NCBI GenBank assembly: GCA_032718475.1 | Contig: JAUCBJ010009152.1 | Span: 1-64,000, forward strand | Origin: Nemertoderma westbladi | Lineage: Eukaryota > Animalia > Xenacoelomorpha | DNA: 64,000 nucleotides | Reading direction: 5' to 3' | Shown: positions 35,941 to 47,000 of the stretch, piece by piece | Position numbering within the stretch: position 1 is the stretch's first letter | Layout: each line of letters starts with the position of its first letter | Position numbers and translations under genes: made by a program | The notes under the pieces: model-generated | Told to the model about the DNA's origin: nothing | The model's input: only the letters and a program-made list of their open reading frames with translations | Databases searched by the model: none

Positions 35941-36752
35941 CAAGCAGATAGACAGATGTAGGCCTATTGATCGAATGCTTCGATCACGGTTTAGGCTATC
36001 GGTACCACCACAGTCTGACAGTAATTAATAATGAGCCTACTGCAATACTGTTGTACCGGTAGACATTAAATGTAAATTGTTTGCTAGCGGCATCGATAGT
36101 ACAGTCAGATGGTGGAAGGGAAGGCAGATTTTACTTACGGTGTTAGTAAATATTCACGGAAAGAAGAAGTTTGGAAGTTTGTTGGCGATGAGGAAGTTGG
36201 TTGACGTGGACGACGAGAGAGTTTATTAACCGATAGAACGGAATGGTATCGGAAATTAGAAATAATGGAATATTACGCGACGAATACGCGGAAAGTTTGT
36301 TGTCGACAATGAGCGTTAACGCGGCGAAATTACACTAGAAAAATAAGTTGATTATTTGTAAAAAGATAAAAAATACAGTAAGCAGATAGGCGGATGTAAG
36401 CCTATTGATCGAATGCTTCGATCACGGTTTAGGCTATCGGTACCACCGCAGTCTGACAGTAATTAATAATGAGCTTACTGCAATACTGTTGTACCGGTAG
36501 ACATTAAATGTAAATTGTTTGCTAGCGGCATCGATAGTACCGTCAGATGGTGTAAGGCAGATTTTACTTACGGTGTTAGTAAATATTCACGGAAAGAAGA
36601 AGTTTGGAAGTTTGTTGGCGATGAGGAAGTTGGTTGACGTGGACGACGAGAGAGTTTATTTACCGATAGAAGGGAATGGTATCGGAAGAATATTACGCGA
36701 CGGATACACGGAAAGTTTGTTGTCGACGATGAATGATAACGCGGCGAAATGA
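35941..36752. repeat. Direct duplication of ~380-400 bp (about 35941-36334 and 36380-36752) containing putative non-coding leader exons
   Basis: Both copies contain GCCTATTGATCGAATGCTTCGATCACGG...GATTTTACTTACGGTGTTAG...GCGGCGAAAT. Minus-strand donors ACC|GTAAGT lie at 36571 and 36138; acceptors TTATTTTTCTAG lie at 36335 and 35428. Confidence 0.75.
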
Positions 36753-36939
36753 CAATAATACAACTCTACAAGTGGGTTGTTGATCGATGATAACAAATAA
36801 ATATTCTTAAATAAATAATATTAAATTCGAAAACAAAATAATGGTAAATGATGTTAATCGTAACTTGCAATTGAAATAATGACCTAATATATTAGTGGGG
36901 ATGTATTAAATAGCAATTCGGTTAGTAGGGGAGGCCCTT

Positions 36940-37030
36940 GTCTCTTAAATGAGCCAATCAGAGCGCAGCAGCAGAAATGACGCCCGCTGATTGGCTGTTC
37001 GCGCAAAAGCGGTTACCAGGGCAACTTCTC
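36940..37030 (-). promoter_or_regulatory. Candidate Pol II promoter of the element (paired CCAAT boxes, E2F-like and RFX X-box-like sites)
   Basis: AGCCAATCAG at 36952, CTGATTGGCT at 36987, TTCGCGCAAAA at 36998 and GTTACCAGGGCAAC at 37012. The cluster lies upstream of the leader exons and polB on the minus strand. Confidence 0.45.
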
Positions 37031-37688
37031 GTGTTGATTCTATATTAGAAAACTCTTGTAAGCATCTTGACTAATTATGTTGAGTTGGTTGTATAACAGA
37101 AGCAGGTCTGGTGCAAAGGAAAGGGATTAGTAGAGAGGAATGCGTGATTAGTGGCGCTTCATTGTTATGATAGGGGCTGCCTGGATATAGGAAAGGGACA
37201 AAGCGACGCCGGCTATAGTGGGAACAATGGAGGGCCGCTTGAGCATTAGCCTTGGGCGATATACGGATTTGTTGTAGTCAAGGCCGCCTGGCGCCATTGA
37301 ATAATGAAGACAAAGGGGCTGCTAACAGACGGGACCGCTCATTTATATTTGCCTTGGGGGTATACGTGTAGATTCACTGCCTGTTGTATCTAGTTAATGA
37401 ATAATGAGGACAGAGGAGGGGCCCCCCGCCGATGAACGCAGTTGATAGTTGCCAGTAGGGAGCCGTATACCATAGCCATTATAAAGTTAAAAATAGATAT
37501 TATGTCATAGTGATCTCGTTGGTAATATAAAAACTAATTAATCTAAAAATAGAAATCAATGTATAAAGTTTATACAATTAATTAATTTAAAATAAAGTAC
37601 AAATGAATAATTAATTTAAAATTAAATACAAATAAAATAAAATACAAATAATTAATTAAAATTAAATATAAATAAATAGGTATTAATA

Positions 37689-38027
37689 AATAAAAGAGCT
37701 GCGGTGTCACTTATGACACCCTCTTGAGCCGGCTCTGTGACAGTTAGACATCACTGATGACCCATTGTGTGTCAGGGCGCTAATCAGTCTGATTAATTAG
37801 GATAATCAATTAAACCCTAAATGACACCTGTTAGGGTTTAATTGTACTAATTAATTGATGACACCTGTCAATTAGGGTCTAATTAGCCTAATTGGGAGGT
37901 GTCACCCAGACAGTCTGGCGCCAATGACACCCAATGACACCCATGGGGTGATAATTGGGTGTCATATGACACCCAATGGGTGTCAGTGAGGTCTAACTGT
38001 CACAGAGCCGCCCAAGACCCTACTACT
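37689..38027 (-). repeat. Right terminal inverted repeat (core; degenerate similarity extends inward to ~37160)
   Basis: Reverse complement of 29009-29347. Confidence 0.93.
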
Positions 38028-41000
38028 TCCATATAGGAGTACTGGTTCTAACTGATGTATGATGGACTCCATATAGGAGTACTGGTTCTAACTTCTGTAT
38101 GATGGACTCCATATAGGAGTACTGGTTCTAACTTCTGATTGATGGACTCCATATAGGAGTACTGGTTCTAACTGCTGTATGATGGACTCCATATAGGAGT
38201 ACTGGTTCTAACTTCTGTATTGATGGAATCCATATAGGAGTACTGGTTCTAACTTCTGATTGATGGACTCCATAAAGGAGTACTGGTTCTAACTTCTGAT
38301 TGATGGACACAATATAGGAGTACTGGTCCTATATAGGTGTACTGATTCTAACTGCTGTATGGTGGACTCCATATAGAAGTACTGGATCTGACTGCTGTAT
38401 GATGGACTCCATATAGGAGTACTGGTTCTATCTGCTGTATGATGGACTCCATATAGGAAGGAGTACTGGTTCTAACTGCTGTATGATGGACTCCATATAG
38501 GAGTACTGGTTCTAACTTATGACTGATGGACTGACTCCATATAGGAGTACTGGTTCTAACTTCTGATTGATGGACTCCATATAGGAGTACTGGTTCTAAC
38601 TGATGTATGATGGACTCCATATAGGAGTACTGGTTCTAACTGCTGTATGATGGAATCCATATAGGAATACTGGTTCCTGGTTCTATCTGCTGATTGATGC
38701 TCCATATAGGAGTACTGGTTCTAACTGCTGTATGATGGACTCCATATAGGAGTACTGGTTCTAACAGCTGTATGATGGACTCCATATAGGAGTACTGGTT
38801 CTAACTGCTGTATGATGGACTCCATATAGGAGTACTGGTTCTAACTGCTGTATGATGGACTCCATATTGGAGTACTGGTTCTAACTTCTGATTCTGATTG
38901 ATGGACTCCATATAGGAGTACTGGTTCTAACTGCTGTATGATGGACTCCATATAGGAGTACTGGTTCTAACTGCTGTATGATGGACTCCATATAGGAGTA
39001 CTGGTTCTAACTGCTGATTGATGGACTCCATATAGGAGTACTGGTTCTAACTGCTGATTGATGGACTCCATAAAGGAGTACTGGTTCTAACTGCTGATTG
39101 AGGAGTACTGGTTCTAATTACTGTATGATGGACTCCATAAAGGAGTACTGGTTCTAACTTCTGATTGATAGACTCCATATAGGAGTACTGGTTCTCACTG
39201 CTGATTGATGAACTCCATATAGGAGTACTGATTCTAACTGCTGTATGATGGACTCCATATAGGAGTACTGGTTCTAACTGCTGTATGATGGACTCCATAT
39301 AGGAGTACTGGTTCTAACTGCTGCATGATGGACTCCATATAGAAGTACTGGTTCTAACTGCTGTATGATGGACTCCATATAGGAGTACTGATTCTAACTG
39401 CTGTATGATGGACTCCATATATGAGTTCTAACTGCTGTATGATGGACTCCATATAGGAGTACTGGTTCTAACTTTTGTATGATGGACTCCATGTAGGAGT
39501 ACTGATTCTAACTGCTGTATGATGGACTCCATATAGGAGTACTGGTTCTAACTTCTGATTGATGGACTCCATATAGGAGTACTGGTTCTAACTTCTGATT
39601 GATGGACTCCATATAGGAGTACTGGTTCTAACTGCTGTATGATGGACTCCATATAGGAGTACTGGTTCTAACTGCTGTATGATGGACTCCATATAGGAGT
39701 ACTGGTTCTAACTGCTGTATGATGGAATCCATATAGGAGTACTGGTTCCTGGTTCTATCTTCTGATTGATGCTCCATATAGGAGTACTGGTTCTAACTGC
39801 TGTATGATGGACTCCATATAGGAGTACTGGTTCTAACTGCTGTATGATGGACTCCATATTGGAGTACTGGTTCTAACTTCTGATTCTAATTGATGGACTC
39901 CATATAGGAGTACTGGTTCTAACTGCTGTATGATGGACTCCATATAGGAGTACTGGTTCTAACTGCTGTATGATGGACTCCATATAGGAGTGGACTCCAT
40001 ATAGGAGTACTGGTTCTAACTTCTGATTGATGGACTCCATAAAGGAGTACTGGTTCTAACTGCTGATTGAGGAGTACTGGTTCTAACTACTGTATGATAG
40101 ACTCCATAAAGGAGTACTGGTTCTAACTTCTGATTGATGGAGTACTGGTTCTAACTGCTGATTGATGAACTCCATATAGGAGTACTGATTCTAACTGCTG
40201 TATGATGGACTCCATATAGGAGTACTGGTTCTAACTGCTGTATGATGGACTCCATATAGGAGTACTGATTCTAACTGCTGTTTGATGGACTCCATATAGG
40301 AGTACTGGTTCTAACTGCTGTATGATGGACTCCATATAGGAGTACTGGTTCTAACTGCTGTATGATGGACTCCATATAGGAGTACTGGTTCTAACTTCTG
40401 ATTGATGGACTCCATAAAGGAGTACTAGTTCTAACTTCTGATTGATGGACTCCATATAGGAGTACTGGTTCTAACTGCTGTATGATGGACTCCATATAGG
40501 AGTACTGGTTCTAACTTCTGATTGATGGAATCCATATAGGAGTACTGGTTCTAACTTATGATTGATGGATTCCATAAAGGAGTACTGGTTCTAACTTCTG
40601 ATTGATGGACTCCATATAGGAGTACTGGTCCTATATAGGTGTACTGATTCTAACTGCTGTATGATGGTCTCCATATAGAAGTACTGGTTCTGACTGCTGT
40701 ATGATGGACTCCATATTGGAGTACTGGTTCTATCTGCTGTATGATGGACTCCATATAGGAAGGAGTACTGGTTCTAACTGCTGTATGATGGACTCCATAT
40801 AGGAGTACTGGTTCTAACTTATGATTGATGGACTGACTCCATATAGGAGTACTGGTTCTAACTTCTGATTGATAGACTCCATATAGGAGTACTGGTTCTA
40901 ACTGCTGTATGATGGACTCCATATAGGAGTACTGGTTCTAACTGCTGTATGATGGAATCCATATAGGAATACTGGTTCCTGGTTCTATCTGCTGATTGAT

Positions 41001-44000
41001 GCTCCATATAGGAGTACTGGTTCTAACTGCTGTATGATGGACTCCATATAGGAGTACTGGTTCTAACAGCTGTATGATGGACTCCATATAGGAGTACTGG
41101 TTCTAACTTCTGATTGATGGACTCCATAAAGGAGTACTAGTTCTAACTTCTGATTGATGGACTCCATATAGGAGTACTGGTTCTAACTGCTGTATGATGG
41201 ACTCCATATAGGAGTACTGGTTCTAACTTCTGATTGATGGAATCCATATAGGAGTACTGGTTCTAACTTATGATTGATGGATTCCATAAAGGAGTACTGG
41301 TTCTAACTTCTGATTGATGGACTCCATATAGGAGTACTGGTCCTATATAGGTGTACTGATTCTAACTGCTGTATGATGGTCTCCATATAGAAGTACTGGT
41401 TCTGACTGCTGTATGATGGACTCCATATTGGAGTACTGGTTCTATCTGCTGTATGATGGACTCCATATAGGAAGGAGTACTGGTTCTAACTGCTGTATGA
41501 TGGACTCCATATAGGAGTACTGGTTCTAACTTATGATTGATGGACTGACTCCATATAGGAGTACTGGTTCTAACTTCTGATTGATAGACTCCATATAGGA
41601 GTACTGGTTCTAACTGCTGTATGATGGACTCCATATAGGAGTACTGGTTCTAACTGCAGTATGATGGAATCCATATAGGAATACTGGTTCCTGGTTCTAT
41701 CTGCTGATTGATGCTCCATATAGGAGTACTGGTTCTAACTGCTGTATGATGGACTCCATATAGGAGTACTGGTTCTAACAGCTGTATGATGGACTCCATA
41801 TAGGAGTACTGGTTCTAACAGCTGTATGATGGACTCCATATAGGAGTACTGGTTCTAACAGCTGTATGATGGACTCCATATAGGAGTAGTGATTATAACT
41901 GTTGTGGACTCCATATAGGAGTACTGGTTCTAACTTCTGATCGATGGACTCCATATAGGAGTACTGGTTCTAACTGCTGTATGATGGACTCCATATAGGA
42001 GTACTGGTTCTAACTGCTGTATGATGGACTCCATATAGGAGTACTGGTTCTAACTTCTGATCGATGGACTCCATATAGGAGTACTGGTTCTAACTGCTGT
42101 ATAATGGACTCCATATAGGAGTACTGGTTCTAACTGCTGTATGATGGACTCCATATAGGAGTACTGGTTCTAACTTCTGATCGATGGACTCCATATAGGA
42201 GTACTGGTTCTAACTGCCGTATGATGGACTCCATATAGGAGTACTGGTTCTAACTTCTGATTAATGGACTCCATATAGGAGTACTGGTTCTAACTGATGT
42301 ATGATGGACTCCATATAGGAGTACTGGTTCTAACTTCTGTATGATGGACTCCATATAGGAGTACTGGTTCTAACTTCTGATTGATGGACTCCATATAGGA
42401 GTACTGGTTCTAACTGCCGTATGATGGACTCCATATAGGAGTACTGGTTCTAACTTCTGATTGATGGACTCCATATAGGAGTACTGGTTCTAACTGATGT
42501 ATGATGGACTCCATATAGGAGTACTGGTTCTAACTTCTGTATGATGGACTCCATATAGGAGTACTGGTTCTAACTTCTGATTGATGGACTCCATATAGGA
42601 GTACTGATTCTAACTGCTGTATGGTGGACTCCATATAGGAGTATTGATTCTAACTGCTGTGGACTCCATATAGGAGTACTGGTTCTAACTTCTGATCGAT
42701 GGACTCCATATAGGAGTACTGGTTCTAACTGCTGTATGATGGACTCCATATAGGAGTACTGGTTCTAACTGCTGTATGATGGACTCCATATAGGAGTACT
42801 GGTTCTAACTGCTGTATGATGGACTCCATATAGGAGTACTGGTTCTAACTTCTGATCGATGGACTCCATATAGGAGTACTGGTTCTAACTTCTGATTGAT
42901 GGACTCCATATAGGAGTACTGGTTCTAACTGCTGTATGATGGACTCCATATAGGAGTTCTAACTGCTGTATGATGGACTCCATATAGGAGTACTGGTTCT
43001 AACTTTTGTATGATGGACTCCATATAGGAGTACTGATTCTAACTGCTGTATGGGGGACTCCATATAGGAGTATTGATTCTAACTGCTGTGGACTCCATAT
43101 AGGAGTACTGGTTCTAACTTCTGATCGATGGACTCCATATAGGAGTACTGGTTCTAACTTCTGATCGATGGACTCCATATAGGAGTACTGGTTCTAACTG
43201 CTGTATGATGGACTCCATATAGGAGTACTGGTTCTAACTGCTGTATGATGGACTCCATATAGGAGTACTGGTTCTAACTTCTGATCGATGGACTCCATAT
43301 AGGAGTACTGGTTCTAACTGCTGTATAATGGACTCCATATAGGAGTACTGGTTCTAACTGCTGTATGATGGACTCCATATAGGAGTACTGGTTCTAACTT
43401 CTGATCGATGGACTCCATATAGGAGTACTGGTTCTAACTGCCGTATGATGGACTCCATATAGGAGTACTGGTTCTAACTTCTGATTGATGGACTCCATAT
43501 AGGAGTACTGGTTCTAACTGATGTATGATGGACTCCATATAGGAGTACTGGTTCTAACTTCTGTATGATGGACTCCATATAGGAGTACTGGTTCTAACTT
43601 TTGTATGATGGACTCCATATAGGAGTACTGATTCTAACTGCTGTATGGTGGACTCCATATAGGAGTATTGATTCTAACTGCTGTGGACTCCATATAGGAG
43701 TACTGGTTCTAACTTCTGATCGATGGACTCCATATAGGAGTACTGGTTCTAACTGCTGTATGATGGACTCCATATAGGAGTACTGGTTCTAACTGCTGTA
43801 TGATGGACTCCATATAGGAGTGCTGGTTCTAACTGCTGTATGATGGACTCCATATAGGAGTACTGGTTCTAACTTCTGATCGATGGACTCAATATAGGAG
43901 TACTGGTTCTAACTTCTGATTGATGGACTCCATATAGGAGTACTGGTTCTAACTGCTGTATGATGGACTCCATATAGGAGTTTTAACTGCTGTATGATGG

Positions 44001-47000
44001 ACTCCATATAGGAGTACTGGTTCTAACTTTTGTATGATGGACTCCATATAGGAGTACTGATTCTAACTGCTGTATGGTGGACTCCATATAGGAGTATTGA
44101 TTCTAACTGCTGTGGACTCCATATAGGAGTACTGGTTCTAACTTCTGATCAATGGACTCCATATAGGAGTACTGGTTCTAACTGCTGTATGATGGACTCC
44201 ATATAGGAGTACTGGTTCTAACTGCTGTATGATGGACTCCATATAGGAGTACTGGTTCTAACTGCTGTATGATGGACTCCATATAGGAGTACTGGTTCTA
44301 ACTTCTGATCGATGGACTCAATATAGGAGTACTGGTTCTAACTTCTGATTGATGGACTCCATATAGGAGTACTGGTTCTAACTGCTGTATGATGGACTCC
44401 ATATAGGAGTTCTAACTGCTGTATGATGGACTCCATATAGGAGTACTGGTTCTAACTTTTGTATGATGGACTCCATATAGGAGTACTGATTCTAACTGCT
44501 GTATGGTGGACTCCATATAGGAGTATTGATTCTAACTGCTGTGGACTCCATATAGGAGTACTGGTTCTAACTTCTGATCAATGGACTCCATATAGGAGTA
44601 CTGGTTCTAACTTCTGATCGATGGACTCCATATAGGAGTACTGGTTCTAACTGCTGTATGATGGACTCCATATAGGAGTACTGGTTCTAACTGCTGTATG
44701 ATGGACTCCATATAGGAGTACTGGTTATAACTTCTGATCGATGGACTCCATATAGGAGTACTGGTTCTAACTGCTGTATAATGGACTCCATATAGGAGTA
44801 CTGGTTCTAACTGCTGTATGATGGACTCCATATAGGAGTACTGGTTATAACTTCTGATCGATGGACTCCATATAGGAGTACTGGTTCTAACTGCCCTATG
44901 ATGGACTCCATATAGGAGTACTGGTTCTAACTTCTGATTGATGGACTCCATATAGGAGTACTGGTTCTAACTTCTGATCGATGGACTCCATATAGGAGTA
45001 CTGGTTCTAACTGCTGTATGATGGACTCCATATAGGAGTACTGGTTCTAACTGCTGTATGATGGACTCCATATAGGAGTACTGGTTCTAACTGCTGTATG
45101 ATGGACTCCATATAGGAGTACTGGTTCTAACTGCTGTATGATGGACTCCATATAGGAGTACTGGTTCTAACTTCTGATCGATGGACTCCATATAGGAGTA
45201 CTGGTTCTAACTGCTGTATAATGGACTCCATATAGGAGTACTGGTTCTAACTGCTGTATGATGGACTCCATATAGGAGTACTGGTTCTAACTTCTGATCG
45301 ATGGACTCCATATAGGAGTACTGGTTCTAACTGCCCTATGATGGACTCCATATAGGAGTACTGGTTCTAACTTCTGATCGATGGACTCCATATAGGAGTA
45401 CTGGTTCTAACTGCTGTATGATGGAATCCATATAGGAGTACTGGTTCTAACTGCTGTATGATGGACTCCATATAGGAGTACTGGTTCTAACTTCTGATCG
45501 ATGGACTCCATATAGGAGTACTGGTTCTAACTGCTGTATGATGGACTCCATATAGGAGTACTGGTTCTAACTTCTGATCGATGGACTCCATATAGGAGTA
45601 CTGGTTCTAACTGCCGTATGATGGACTCCATATAGGAGTACTGGTTCTAACTTCTGATTGATGGACTCCATATAGGAGTACTGGTTCTAACTGATGTATG
45701 ATGGACTCCATATAGGAGTACTGGTTCTAACTTCTGTATGATGGACTCCATATAGGAGTACTGGTTCTAACTTCTGATTGATGGACTCCATATAGGAGTA
45801 CTGGTTCTAACTGCTGTATGATGGACTCCATATAGGAGTTCTAACTGCTGTATGATGGACTCCATATAGGAGTACTGGTTCTAACTTTTGTATGATGGAC
45901 TCCATATAGGAGTACTGATTCTAACTGCTGTATGGTGGACTCCATATAGGAGTATTGATTCTAACTGCTGTGGACTCCATATAGGAGTACTGGTTCTAAC
46001 TTCTGATCGATGGACTCCATATAGGAGTACTGGTTCTAACTGCTGTATGATGGACTCCATATAGGAGTACTGGTTCTAACTGCTGTATGATGGACTCCAT
46101 ATAGGAGTACTGGTTCTAACTGCTGTATGATGGACTCCATATAGGAGTACTGGTTCTAACTTCTGATCGATGGACTCAATATAGGAGTACTGGTTCTAAC
46201 TTCTGATTGATGGACTCCATATAGGAGTACTGGTTCTAACTGCTGTATGATGGACTCCATATAGGAGTTCTAACTGCTGTATGATGGACTCCATATAGGA
46301 GTACTGGTTCTAACTTTTGTATGATGGACTCCATATAGGAGTACTGATTCTAACTGCTGTATGGTGGACTCCATATAGGAGTATTGATTCTAACTGCTGT
46401 GGACTCCATATAGGAGTACTGGTTCTAACTTCTGATCAATGGACTCCATATAGGAGTACTGGTTCTAACTGCTGTATGATGGACTCCATATAGGAGTACT
46501 GGTTCTAACTGCTGTATGATGGACTCCATATAGGAGTACTGGTTCTAACTGCTGTATGATGGACTCCATATAGGAGTACTGGTTCTAACTTCTGATCGAT
46601 GGACTCAATATAGGAGTACTGGTTCTAACTTCTGATTGATGGACTCCATATAGGAGTACTGGTTCTAACTGCTGTATGATGGACTCCATATAGGAGTTCT
46701 AACTGCTGTATGATGGACTCCATATAGGAGTACTGGTTCTAACTTTTGTATGATGGACTCCATATAGGAGTACTGATTCTAACTGCTGTATGGTGGACTC
46801 CATATAGGAGTATTGATTCTAACTGCTGTGGACTCCATATAGGAGTACTGGTTCTAACTTCTGATCAATGGACTCCATATAGGAGTACTGGTTCTAACTT
46901 CTGATCGATGGACTCCATATAGGAGTACTGGTTCTAACTGCTGTATGATGGACTCCATATAGGAGTACTGGTTCTAACTGCTGTATGATGGACTCCATAT

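Larger units (their letters stand above)
29009..38027 (-). mobile_element. Reduced Polinton/Maverick-type element (9,019 bp) encoding pPolB and a TBP-like protein
   Basis: Ends are 5'-AGTAGTAGGGTCTTGGGCGG...CCGCCCAAGACCCTACTACT-3', with long TIRs, a 6-bp TSD TCCATA (29003-29008 and 38028-38033) and a protein-primed PolB gene. AGT-repeat termini and 6-bp TSDs are established Polinton hallmarks. Confidence 0.93.

Noticed and set aside
31605-36752. Small ORFs 31605-31808, 34928-35167, 35225-35452 and 36519-36752
   Set aside because: They are antisense or alternate-frame overlaps of polB, or lie in the duplicated leader region where the second copy is not open. They show no motifs.
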